A stretch of DNA of 64,000 nucleotides from Octopus vulgaris (Eukaryota), in the NCBI GenBank assembly GCA_951406725.2, contig OX597814.1, forward strand, positions 219,976,001-220,040,000. The letters are read 5' to 3'. Below, one piece after another: positions 11,955-23,597 of this stretch. Position 1 is the first letter of the stretch. Every line of letters begins with the position of its first letter. The notes under the pieces are model-generated. The model did no database searches, was not told the DNA's origin, and saw nothing but the letters and a program-made list of their open reading frames with translations. Position numbers and translations under genes: made by a program.

Positions 11955-12308
11955 AAAAAGCACCATCTGTTCGTGGCCGTTTGCCAGCTCTGTCTGGCCC
12001 CCATGCCAGTAGCACGTAAAAAGCCCCATCTGTTCGTGGCCATTGCCAGCCTTGCCTGGCCCCCGTGCCGGTGGCACGTAAAAAGCACCATCCGTCCGTG
12101 GCCGTCTGCCAGCTCTGTCTGGCACCTGTGCGGGTGGCACGTAAAAAGCACCCACTACACTCTCGGAGTGGTTGGCGTTAGGAAGGGCATCCAGCCGTAG
12201 AAACACTGCCAGATTTGACTGGGCCTGATGAAGCCTTCTGGCTTCACAGACCCCAGTTGAACCGTCCAACCGATGCTAGCATGGAAAGCGGACGCTAAAC
12301 GATGATGA
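11955..12308 (+). mobile_element. Tandem-array SINE-like copy (3 units)
   Basis: Three ~62-bp units plus conserved 3' domain. Confidence 0.8.
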
Positions 12309-13974
12309 AGTATTGAGTTTGATTAACTGAACTACCTATTCATTGAATTAACATGTGAATGTTCTACAGGCATGTACCCATAATGCAATTCTCAGGAAGA
12401 ATCATTGTTTGCCATACAGGGGTCTTTGTGGTTTTTGTCACTGTTTACAATTATCGGCATGTCAATTGTTATTTCCCTTGTACATGCACACACATACACA
12501 CATATACTCACACAGAGTTGAATGTTCACCATCCCACTTTCATTGCACACACACACACACACACAAACATTTACGTACCTCCCTTTTACATACATATACT
12601 CACACAGAGTTGAAATGCTCTCGCTACCAATCTGCCATCACCCCTTCCTTTCTCATTCATATGTTGTGACGAAGAAAAACGCAAGAGTATTATTATAATA
12701 AGAAAGATTATCTTTCTCGTATCTCCTACTCCTCTTTGTGTGCATGTGCAGCATCTTTGGTTACTATGGAAACAGAGCTTCTCGCCATGTTGATGTCTAA
12801 AATGCTCACTTCTGATTAACTAAAATACCCAAATTTTGCAAATTTTAAAGGCTAATAATTTATTAATTATGGATAAGAAAAATGAATTTCATTTCATAAT
12901 TAGTATGCAAAACTTAATCCATATACCAAATTTGAAAACAATTGGAATGAAATTGTAAACAGTGATGAAAACCACAAAGATCCCCATACTGTAGTGTAGC
13001 ATAGGCTTGATGTTTTAATTACAGGTACGAATCCTTCAAACAAGTTTCAGCACAGTTTCTTTTTACCCAGTTTCACTCACAACGCTTGGGTCAGCTTGAG
13101 ACTATGCTAAAAAAAAGACTTGCCTATGATGTCTTACGGTGGTATCGAACCTGGATGTTGTGATTGCTGATTGGTTATGGATTGTTATTAATAGCAAAAA
13201 TCAGTGCATAGTTGTGTGATAATCTTGAAGAAGAATCAATTTCTTAACCCGGTTGTGCAAATTTAAACATGACTGTTGCATCTTTATTGTTCAAGCAAGG
13301 TTTATCCTGTGTGATGGAAGTGGCTATACAATAGCACACCACAACACATCATTAATCTATACAGTGTTGGTCAGGTAAAGGAATTTGTATAATTGACCTG
13401 AATGTCAACATCTCCATTCCTAAAATACCAGTTTTCCTGTCTACCTGATTTATAATCTGTGAGTTTCTGTTAACATACACTTCTGATGACCTTAATTCAT
13501 GGCATTTATTTCAATTTCATTTCCTAATTGTAAATTTTTTTGCTTGGATTTCATTGCTCAGCTTATTTGAAAGAAAAGTAAAAAGGAAAAGAAGAAAGAA
13601 ACCCCTAAACAATGTAATTTCTATTTAATTTATGACCTTGCACCTACCTACTTAAGAAACTTATTGTTATTGAGATAACGAGAGATCTACATGGTCGCTC
13701 CATTTGGTGGAATTAGCAACCACATCTCTCAATGTGGTCCCCAGTATATTGTATTTAGGACTGGGGAAGGAATTATAGAAAAAACGTGAAATTGGATAAA
13801 ATTTAGATTGTACCAGAAATGGGCAAGTGTAAGAAAAAAAATTAAATAAAGTTGTCTGATCAAGGCTGACCAGCTATTTAAAAAATAACTAGCATTAGTG
13901 GCCTGTAATGAATAGGACTCTTATAAAATTTAATGAATAACTTTATTGGTTTTCTCTGCCCATTCAAAGTACCC

Positions 13975-14497
13975 TGGATCCCAGAACGTCCCGCTGTGCT
14001 TGAGGAGACCTGTTGAGTCAAGTACATGAACATGAACATTGAAATAAATATCAATGGAAATAGTAGTTGTGATACCTGTGCCGGTGGCACATAAAAAGCA
14101 CCATCCGAACGTGGCCTAGCCAGCGCCGACTCGACTGGCTTCTGTGCTGGTGGCACATAAAAAGCACCATCCGAATGTGGCCGATGCCAGCACCGCCCCG
14201 ACTGGCTTCTGTGTCGGTGGCAAATAAAAAGCACCATCTGAACGTGGCCGGTGGCACGTTAAAAGCTCCGACCGATCGTGGCCGATGCCGGACCCCCCTG
14301 GCATCTGTGCTGGTGGCACGTAAAAAGCACCCACTACACTCACGGAGAGGTTGGCGTTAGGAAGGGCATCCAGCTGTAGAAATTCTGCCAGATCAGACTG
14401 GAGCCTGGTGCAGCCCCTGGCTTCCCAGACCCTGGTCGAACCGTCCAACCTGTGCTAGCACGGAAAACGGACGTTAAACGATGATGAGGATGATGAT
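13975..14497 (+). mobile_element. Tandem-array SINE-like copy with additional 5' segment
   Basis: Segment gctgtgcttgaggagacctgttgagtcaag shared with 58435-59037; repeat units and 3' domain. Confidence 0.8.
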
Positions 14498-15049
14498 AAA
14501 AGATATCTTGAAAATTTCCTTGCACTGGCTATATTCCTCATTTCTGCTTCAGTAGCATATTGCTGCATTTGAATTGGCGCTGTGAAACTTGAGTATTTGT
14601 GAAGTTAACTTGACCTCTGATGATTACAACATTGAGCATTGGAGATGATTTGTTCAAGGTGTATGAGCCATTAACGAGTGAGCCACTAACGAGTGAGCCA
14701 GCTGTAACTTTGGGTTATATCCAGGTGTCTCATATACATTCCCAACCATATCACTCAATGACTTTTATTAAATTTTGTCTTCCTGCTCGAGAATATACAT
14801 CAACCTTTGATATGTAGATTTTGTTATTGTTCTTGAAAGAAATAATTGATAATGTGTCTATATTTAAAGGAATGTTAACTAAATTGTTTATGAGACAGAC
14901 TTCAGCAAGATCTAAGAAAAGTTGAAACCACTTCGTGGACTTCTTGTACCTCCTTCCACTCACCTCAAATCTATTGATCTTACTGGTAATTTTTGTTTCA
15001 CTTTAGCGAGCACTGCTTGAAAAATCTATTTTTAGGATTTAATAAGGAA

Positions 15050-15900
15050 GTTGTTTAACATTTTTGGTGAGAAAGCGTAAACTCGATGTTTCAAGGTTCT
15101 TCACTCATCAAAATAATCTCTTTTTCAAAATGTGACCAGTCAGTTTGAAACAGATGCTTCATAATGAGAAAAAGTACCCATCTTTTTCTGTGGATCACTT
15201 CGCACATCTCAAAGAAGAATCTAATAGCATCAAGAACTTGCTAGATGGATTGGCGTATAATGAGCCCACCTGAGAGTTTATTGGAGACTCCAAACTGGAG
15301 ACATTTCTGATGAGCTGCCAAGGCAGCTTTACCAACTTTCCAAGCAATCTTTGCCTTTGGGACAGTGCAGACTCTGTGGATTAGGTCATGTGAAATAATT
15401 TAAGGCTCTTGATTAAGAGCATGTAGTTTTTGAATACTTTTAAAATTTCTTTCCTAAGCTATCTGAAGCAAATATCATTGTGGGTGTTTTTGTCAGACCC
15501 CAGATATAGAACATCCTGTAGTACACAGATTTATGATGCTCAGCGGAAGGGAGAAAGCAGTGTAGGAAGTTTTGTTGCAGTGATTCAGGAATTCTTAAGC
15601 AAGTGCATGTAGAGTTGGTTGAGTTCTAGGCTCCAGAATGTCTCTGAAAATTCACATCCTTGACACTAATCTTGATAATTAAAGAATACTGGAACATTCT
15701 CACTGGAGCAAGTCGAGTGCTTCTACCAAGTTACATTGGACTTTGAACAACGCCACCAAAAGCTATAAGTAAAACATGATGGGAGACTATATTTTGGAAC
15801 TAACACGTGAAAGTGATTTACAATACCACTACAAATCTCGAAAATCACATAGAAGTGCAAACTTCTACATTAACTTTAATATAATCGAATGATACGTCTT
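15050..15900 (+). mobile_element. Degenerate DNA-transposon transposase remnant
   Basis: Broken translation KYPSFSV..HLKEE..IGDSKLETFLMSCQGSFTNFPSNLCLWDS, MSLKIHILD, EQVECFYQ..DFEQRHQ, NMMGDY; resembles the widespread 'MSLKIHFLHSHLDFFP..EQGERFHQDI' family; superfamily not assigned. Confidence 0.6.
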
Positions 15901-16477
15901 AAATATGATTCATCTATTTTTTGTTGACCTTAGGTGGATGAAAATGTCTGAATTTGGTCACTTTCTAATAGGAATTGCAAAAGTGGGAAATAGTAATTTT
16001 CTATATTTTTCCAATGTAAGCAATGAGAAAATAACATTACCCAAGGAAAAAAAGGGCATATTACTTAGTGTAATTAACGGGTCTACATTATCCAATATGT
16101 CTTTTATTTTTAGATGGTATGGCTAAATTTAGTTTTGGGGAAGATTTGACTACTATTAAAAGTGTCTTGTTGGATTGCCATGCTCAAGGGTTTATTTCAA
16201 GGGTTTATGTTGCTTCACAAACGAATGCTTGAGCATATAAAGACAACTAGAATGAGACAAATAATTTTCCAAAGATAATTCACTCCCACATAGATGAAAA
16301 AATAGAATTTTCACACAGGGATCTAAATGTGGTCGTGAACATGCCACACTGAGTCATTTGAGGACCGCCTAGTGTAGTAAGAAATGTTTTTATTTTTTGT
16401 TTTTTTTTTTGTTTTATATGGGAAGAAAACGAATGAATCAGGGACATCAGGTCAGAACTTTTGACAATATATCATTC

Positions 16478-16711
16478 CCTATTTCTTTACTACCCACAAG
16501 GGGCTAAGCACAGAGGGGACAAACAAGGACAGACAAACGGATTAAGTCGATTACATCGACCCCAGTGTGTAACTGGTACTTAATTTTATCGATCCCGAAA
16601 GGATGAAAGGCAAAGTCGACCTCGGCGGAATTTGAACTCAGAACGTAATGGCAGACGAAATACGGCTACGCATTTCGCCCGGCGTGCTAACGGTTCTGCC
16701 AGTTCGCCGCC
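16478..16711 (-). mobile_element. tRNA-derived SINE (4259 family); duplicate at 34299-34532
   Basis: Reverse complement of the 4259-4479 element. Confidence 0.85.
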
Positions 16712-17128
16712 CTGTCATTACCAGTGGCATGCATCCCCCTCTCACACACTCAGGCTGGGAATTTCTGAGTGTCCCACCCTCCCCATTTTCCTTGAAAAGT
16801 GTACTATTATATGCTTTGAGATTTGGGAGAGGGATTGAAAATGAAAATAGTTTCCGCCTATGAGGCACTGTTTTGAAGCAGTATATACAAATATTTCCAA
16901 AATATATACAGGAACCTCGTGATTAGGGAGCAAAAAATTTTTGAGACTGCCCCTTAATTATAATCAGTGTCAAATTTGATTAGCTCATTTCGTTAAGTTT
17001 CTTTTTGTTTTATTTGTGCGCAAACCCTTTGAAACATTGACAGCATCTCCTTTTCAGTTCCGCACCAATCCTTCAAGCATAAGGTCGTGTGCCACACCTA
17101 CTACTGCTTAATTAGTATATTCAAAATA

Positions 17129-17519
17129 GTGGAGGCGCAATGGCCCAGTGGTTAGGGCAGCGGACTCGCGGTCGTAGGATCGCGGTTTCGATTTCCAGAC
17201 CGGGCGTTGTGAGTGTTTATTGAGCGAAAACACCTAAAGCTCCACGAGGCTCCGGCAGGGGATGGTGGTGAACCCTGCTGTGCTCTTTCACTACAACTTT
17301 CTCTCACTCTTACTTCCTGTTTCTGTTGTACCTGTATTTCAAAGGGTCGGCCTTGTCACTCTCTGTGTCACGCTGAATCTCCTCGAGTACTACGTTAAGG
17401 GTACACGTGTCTGTGGAGTGCTCAGCCACTTGCACGTTAACTCCACGAGCAAGCTGTTCCGTTGATCGTATCAGCTGGGACCCTCATCGTCGTAACCGAC
17501 GGAGTGCTCCTACCTATCC
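17129..17519 (+). mobile_element. tRNA-derived SINE (third family) with 13-bp TSD; duplicate at ~34950-35340
   Basis: A box tggcccagtgg, B-box-like ggtttcgatttcc; TSD tatattcaaaata at 17116-17128 and 17520-17532. Confidence 0.85.
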
Positions 17520-18174
17520 TATATTCAAAATAAATTGACATATTTTGAAATTCTACCAAAAGTCGTGTAGTTGTCCGATTTTTCTTTTTTCATGAGTTTA
17601 CAGGAAATATCTGGACCCCCTTTTTTCAATAAAAATTATTATCAAATAAAAAAAAATGCTTTTTGCCTTTTAACTACCGCTCAAAAACTTTGAAACAGAA
17701 ATACTCTCACTTCTAATTTCATAGCCATATTGAGGCAGCGAGCTGGCAGAGTTGTTAGCAAGTCACAAGAGACACTTTGCAGTATTTCACCTGAGCTCAA
17801 ATTCTGCCTGGGTCGACTTTGCCTTTCATATGTTTGGAGTCCATAAATTAAGTACCAGTCAAGCACTGGAGTCGATGTAATCGACTAGACCCATTTCCCT
17901 AAAATTTCAGCCCTTGTGGAAGCATTAGAAAGGAATATCATAGCCATATTGAACTATGCCTATTTTAAAGAACATTTTATATAGAAACAAAATCAGAAAA
18001 AGATTTTCTAAAAAAGATATGTGTTTTTTCAGTGGAGTCTGATATGGCAAAGCTGATTTTATAAAAAAAGCATCAGTCAGATCATTCTGCATTTTATGAT
18101 TATAACTTTTTTCTAAGATAAAACAACAGTCCACGAATTTCCGGGGTTTTTTACTACTTTGATTTTTTTTAATA

Positions 18175-18345
18175 GTGCGCAGGAGTGGCTGTGTGGTAAG
18201 TAGCTTGTTTACCAACCACATGGTTCCGGGTTCAGTCCCACTGTGTGGCACCTTGGGCAAGTGTCTTCTACTATAGCCTCGGGCCGACCAAAGCCTTGTG
18301 AGTGGATTTGGTTGACGGAAACTGAAAGAAGCCCGTCGTATATAA

Positions 18346-18380
<35 letters not shown>

Positions 18381-18588
18381 TGTGTGTGTTTGTCCCCCTA
18401 GCATTGCTTGACAACCGATGCTGGTGTGTTTATGTCCCCGTTACTTAGCGGTTCGGCAAAAGAGACCGATAGAATAAGTACTGGGCTTACAAAAGAATAA
18501 GTCCCGGTGTCGAGTTGCTCGATTAAAGGTGGTGCTCCAGCATGGCCGCAGTCAAATGACTGAAACAAGTAAAAGAGTAAAAAGAGTT
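18175..18588 (+). mobile_element. tRNA/CORE-like SINE (2754 family); duplicate at ~35996-36392
   Basis: Near-identical to 2754-3178. Confidence 0.85.
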
Positions 18589-18732
18589 ATGTCTCACTGT
18601 AATAAAAATAAAATATACGAGTTAATGTAAATTTTGATTAGTTATTTTTAATTAAAAAGCAATAGGTGCTTCTTTTTAAAGCATTTTATTTATTCGTATC
18701 ATATTTTATTTTTTAAGTTCAGTTGACCATAA

Positions 18733-19335
18733 GTGAAAAACAACATTTATCAGGACACAAATATAATTGTAGAAAATTGTCAGGGTTACCGTCAAATCTT
18801 CAATGTCGACAAAACGGGCCTATTCTGGAAAAAAATGTCAAGAAGAACGTTTCTGGCAAGAAGAGGGGCGATGATACTAGGTTATAAAGCACTTCTACTC
18901 GGAGCTACTGCCAAAGTTGAATGCAAATTAAAATCGATGTTAATTTATCATATAATGAACCCAAGAGCATTAAAAGGCTGTAACAAGCGATCTCTTACAG
19001 TGGTTTGGAAACTGAATAAAAGGGCTTGGGTGACAAAGCAATTGTTTGAAGAATAGTTCCACATTTTAAAAATATTGCAAACAAAAATAATTTAGATTTC
19101 AAAGTTCCTTTAATTTTAGGTAATGCTCCTGGGCGTCCCACCTCACTTAATTTAAATAGCAATGTGAAGATTATTTCTCTACTACTAAATATGACTTCTT
19201 TACTACAGCCGATGGACCAAGGAGTGATTTCTACATACAAGCATATTATGTGTGAAGAACTTTTGCCCAGGTAATTCAAGTTATTACTGGAGATAATCCA
19301 CTCGAAGAATTTTGGGCAAAAATTGATATTAAACA
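18733..19335 (+). mobile_element. pogo/Tigger transposase remnant; duplicate at 36538-37140
   Basis: QIFNVDKTGLFWKKMSRRTF, NPRALKG, WKLNKRAWVTKQLFEE, ILGNAPGRP, TSLLQPMDQGVI motifs of the DDE_1 domain with stops and frameshifts. Confidence 0.85.
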
Positions 19336-19342
19336 AGCAGTA

Positions 19343-19729
19343 GGCGCAGGAGTAGCTGTGTGGTAAGTAGCTTGCTAACCAACCACATGGTTACGGGTTC
19401 AGTCCACTGCTGCGTGGCATCGTGGGCAAGTGTCTTCTGCTATAGCCCCGGGCCGACCAATGCCTTGTGAGTGGATTTGGTAGACGGAAACTGAAAGAAG
19501 CCTGTCGTATATATGTATATATATATGTGTTTGTCCCCCTATCATTGCTTGACAACCGATGCTGGTGTGTTTACGTCCCCGTCACTTAGCGGTTCGGCAA
19601 AAGAGACCGATAGAATAAGTACTGGGCTTACAAAGAATAAGTCCTGGGGTCGATTTGCTCGACTAAAAGCGGTGCTCCAGCATGGCCGCAGTCGAATGAC
19701 TGAAACAAGTAAAAGAGTAAAAGAGAGAG
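19343..19729 (+). mobile_element. tRNA/CORE-like SINE (2754 family); duplicate at ~37148-37532
   Basis: Near-identical to 2754-3178. Confidence 0.85.
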
Positions 19730-19782
19730 AATATATATGTATAAATATGTTAAATAAAATGAAACAAAGTCAAGGCTGTTCA

Positions 19783-20151
19783 TGAGGAATTATGTATATT
19801 ATTTACAATTGACGGATATTTGTCCTCATCTTGTTTGTTGTTAACACGTTTCAGCTGACATACCCTCCAGCCTTCATCATGTGTCTTGGGGAAATTTCGA
19901 ACCTGGATATATGGCATAGTGGTTAAGAGCACGGGCTACTAACCCAAAGATTCCGAGTTCGATTCCAGGCAGTGACCTGAATAATAATAACAATAATGAT
20001 GATAATAACATCGAAAAATACCTTAGGAATGAGAACCCAAGTTCGAAATTTCCCCAAGACACCTGAAGAAGGCTGGAGGGTACATCAGCTGAAACATTGT
20101 GTTAACAACAGACAAGATGAGAACAAATATCCGTCAATTGTAAATAATGTA
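19783..20151 (+). mobile_element. tRNA-headed, hammerhead-bearing element with inverted 5' duplication; duplicate at ~37586-37954
   Basis: A box 19912-19922, B box 19957-19966, HHR-like motif 20058-20103; ~19795-19905 is an inverted copy of ~20037-20151. Confidence 0.7.
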
Positions 20152-20199
20152 AAGCCAAGGCTGTGTGGAATTTATAGAACATTTATAAAGAGAAAAGTA

Positions 20200-20247
20200 G
20201 TCTTACAGCTGTTTCTGGGATATTAGGGATATCCCTTCATCAGAGAC
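20200..20247 (-). ncRNA. Type I minimal hammerhead ribozyme motif; duplicate at 38003-38050
   Basis: gucu-CUGAUGA-a-gggauau-cccua-auauccc-a-GAAA-cagcu-GUA-agac; stems I and II plus palindromic stem III. Confidence 0.75.
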
Positions 20248-20334
20248 GATATAAGAGAGTTAACTAGAGGAATATAGTAGAGTTCAATAGCAGGAGTTAA
20301 TATAAATACATACATATAAATACCTAAATATATG

Positions 20335-20471
20335 TTAGGAAGAGCATCCAGCTGTAGAAACACTGCCAGATCAGACTGGGCCTGGCGCAGCCTCCTGGCT
20401 TCCCAGACCCCAAGTTGAACCGTCCAATCCATGCTAGCATGGAAAACGGACGTTAAACGATGATGATGATG
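20335..20471 (+). mobile_element. 3' fragment of tandem-array SINE-like family
   Basis: Conserved 3' domain and (TGA)n tail. Confidence 0.75.
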
Positions 20472-20473
20472 AA

Positions 20474-20510
<37 letters not shown>

Positions 20511-20517
20511 TACATAC

Positions 20518-20566
<49 letters not shown>

Positions 20567-20604
20567 CCTATATGTACATATATATATGCATGCATATATA
20601 TATA

Positions 20605-20664
<60 letters not shown>

Positions 20665-20774
20665 GTATATATATATATATATATAGTTGATCCAAACATG
20701 AAAACACAACAACGCGAGGACGTGGAACAAGTATAGTGTTATTGGACGCTCAGGAAAAGGAAGAAAGTAGGAGG

Positions 20775-20809
20775 ATTTAACGTTTCGAGCGGAGCTCTTC
20801 GTCAGAAAC
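20775..20809 (-). ncRNA. Type I minimal hammerhead ribozyme motif within Penelope-like 3' fragment (20683-~21130); duplicate at ~38513-38547
   Basis: guuu-CUGACGA-a-gagc-ucc-gcuc-GAAA-c-GUU-aaau. Confidence 0.7.
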
Positions 20810-21149
20810 ATAGGAAAAGGAAAGATCCAAGGAAGGGAAGACGGAGAAAGAAAATCGCCAACGGTATACTCGCGGTCACATTTTGAATGACCGGAAGGGA
20901 ATGGGTGAAGAAAAAGTTCTTTCGAAGACAGGAGAGTGCAAGAGGAGATATGTGTGTGTAATGATAGCACGTGTGTCTGTGTGTGTGTGTGGTTGTGGCT
21001 GTTAATCTATGTGTGTGGTTGGGCTTAGTATCGTTTAAGGTCAAGGAAGAATGTAGTAGGAGTAGCTCTAATGTCTACATACCCATGTGCGTAGAAGAAT
21101 GGTCAATGGAAGGTACTGGTAGTTTGAAGTATGTGTTTGTGCATGTATG

Positions 21150-21192
<43 letters not shown>

Positions 21193-21205
21193 TATATATA
21201 TATAG

Positions 21206-21239
<34 letters not shown>

Positions 21240-21245
<6 letters not shown>

Positions 21246-21846
21246 GAAAGAGTGGAGTTTAACGACGAATTAACAAAATTCCTTTATTTTCGACATATGT
21301 ATCGAAGGCTGCATATTCCTAATTTCGAAGGAATAAGGGGTGCATCATGCCGCCTTCTCATCAGGAAAAACAAGGAACTTATGTCAGCATCAAGATGCAC
21401 AAAAACTTTTAGATGACTTCCCACACGGAGCCCATAGCGATAATGAGTGTTTCTTTAAAATATAACGGAATATTTTAAAGAAACACTCATTATCGCTATG
21501 GGCCCCGTGTGGGCAGTCATCTAAAAGTTTTTGTGCATCTTGATGCTGATATAAGTTCCTTGTTTTTCCTGATGAGAAGGCGGCATAATGCACCCCTTAT
21601 TCCTTCGAAATTAGGAATATGCAGCCTTCGAAACATATGTCGAAAATAAAGGAATTTTGTTAATTCGTCGTTCAACTCCATTCTTTCATTTATTTGTATT
21701 TAAAAAAACACACAAATTTCCACACGAAAGCACGTGATCTCTGCCCTAGGAATGTAGCTTCAACCGTGTTTTTCTGACGTGAATTTGCTACCCAGGTATC
21801 GGTTAACCGAATTATCCATAATAAGATAATTCATTCAACTACTCAA
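21240..21846 (+). mobile_element. Palindromic Penelope-like terminal element (~224-bp arms plus ~150-bp tail); duplicate at ~39001-39605
   Basis: Arms 21240-21463 / 21470-21693 around spacer aacgga; flanked by (TA)n on both sides. Confidence 0.8.
21563..21647 (+). ncRNA. Type I hammerhead ribozyme motif with extended stem II; duplicate at 39322-39405
   Basis: uuuuc-CUGAUGA-gaaggcggcau...augcagccuuc-GAAA-cauau-GUC-gaaaa; fully canonical core. Confidence 0.8.
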
Positions 21847-21886
21847 ATATATATATATATGTATGTATATACACATGTATAGATAC

Positions 21887-21964
<78 letters not shown>

Positions 21965-22002
21965 ATATCTACATATATATGTCCATATATATATATATAT
22001 AT

Positions 22003-22410
22003 AGCTAACTCCCAACACAACACATCCACACTCGTTCGTCTGGCCGAACTTATCCTCTCACTCAAATTCTTCTCGTTCACTGGTGATTTTTACCAACAAG
22101 TCTCGGGAGTGGCCATGGGAACGAGAATAGTCCCCAAATATGCGAACCAGTTCGTTGGCTACGTTGAATCCCAAATATTCTCAAGTTTCACTGGTCCCAC
22201 TCCCGAACTATACGGCCATTATATTGACGACTGTATCTGTGCGACCTCACTCTCCCGCGAACATCTAGACTTCTTCCTCTCTTTTGTCAAATCTTTCCAT
22301 CCTGCCCTCCACTTCTCCTGCACTATCTCTGACCCCTCTGTCTCCTTTCTTGACATTTTGGTCAGCATTCATCACTCCACTCTCACCACCTCCATCCACT
22401 ACAAACACAC
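22003..22410 (+). mobile_element. Penelope-like reverse transcriptase fragment; duplicate at ~39778-40185
   Basis: [14 protein letters not shown](G)[29 protein letters not shown] are characteristic PLE RT motifs. Confidence 0.9.
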
Positions 22411-22414
22411 AGAC

Positions 22415-23090
22415 ACACATACTGGATCTCTGCTTCACAAATAATATGGATCTCATCCATAATGTGAAAGTGACACCGACGCTACTCTCGGATCACAACA
22501 TGGTAGAGCTGACCATGTACAGGCCAAAGGAAAGCATGGACATGCAGACTACAAGAAATTCTCAAAATATTTCTAGCTTGAACTTCCATATGCAAACTGG
22601 AGACAAATTGAGAAAAAGATCCTCAAACAAAAGTGGCCTAAATATCTCTCCTCACCGGACATCGACATGAAACTTCAACAATTCATGTCTGTAATGCAAG
22701 CCATATGTGTCCCAAGAGAAAGGCCACTGTACACAAGAACAAAATCCCCAGGGAGAGGAAAATTATGAGACGGCGTACAAAATTTTCTAATCGCCTAAAC
22801 AAAGAAATTGAAAGCAGTGAAAAGTCCTGCCTGAAAATACAACTGCTGGAAATTGAAAAAAATCTGCAACTCTCCCATGAAAAAGAAAGAGCAGACAAAG
22901 AAGCCTGGGCTACAGACAATATAAAATCTAACCCCAGAGCTTTCTACAAGTTTGCCATTGAACAGCTTCAGTGCACTGCAGGATAGGGCCACTCCTCGAA
23001 AAAGATGGTTCAATCACAGGCAACCCAATGAGGATAAGGGAAATACTAAATGAGCAATTCAAAAGTATTTTCACTCCACCACTAGGACAT
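22415..23090 (+). mobile_element. CR1-type LINE fragment (end of APE endonuclease plus linker); duplicate at ~40190-40865
   Basis: [41 protein letters not shown]. Confidence 0.8.
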
Positions 23091-23146
23091 ACATACATAC
23101 GTACATACACATCCATCCATACTTACATAAGTGAATATAACGTATT

Positions 23147-23177
<31 letters not shown>

Positions 23178-23193
23178 GTATATATGTATATAC

Positions 23194-23267
<74 letters not shown>

Positions 23268-23269
23268 TT

Positions 23270-23537
23270 AAATATTAGGGAATAAATCCAAATTTACAGG
23301 GAAAAATCAGATTTAAGATTGAATGCAATTTTATAGTAAAATATAATATAATATTAATTAGAGACAAAACCACTATTATGCAAATCAAACAAAGAAAGAC
23401 TTAATCCAATACATAAAAAAAATTTATATAAATTAAATCAAATTAATTTTATTTAATTTATATAAATTTTTTTATGTATTGGATTAAGTCTTTCTTTGTT
23501 TGATTTGCATAATAGTGGTTTTGTCTCTAATTAATAT

Positions 23538-23545
<8 letters not shown>
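23270..23545. repeat. AT-rich palindromic element (~95-bp arms) in (TA)n; duplicate at ~41035-41305
   Basis: aatattaattagagacaaaaccactattatgcaaatcaaac... / ...gtttgatttgcataatagtggttttgtctctaattaatatt; related sequence at 30740-30772 plus 31090-31212. Confidence 0.75.
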
Positions 23546-23570
<25 letters not shown>

Positions 23571-23597
23571 GTATTATTTTATTTTTATTTCTATTTT

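Noticed and set aside
19912-19977. Functional tRNA genes here and at 17131, 2754, 4259
   Set aside because: No complete acceptor stem or T-run terminator; they are heads of longer dispersed elements, some with TSDs
20434-21416. Many ORFs rich in YI/IY/CV/TH repeats throughout 20-50 kb
   Set aside because: Translations of (TA)n/(TG)n microsatellites
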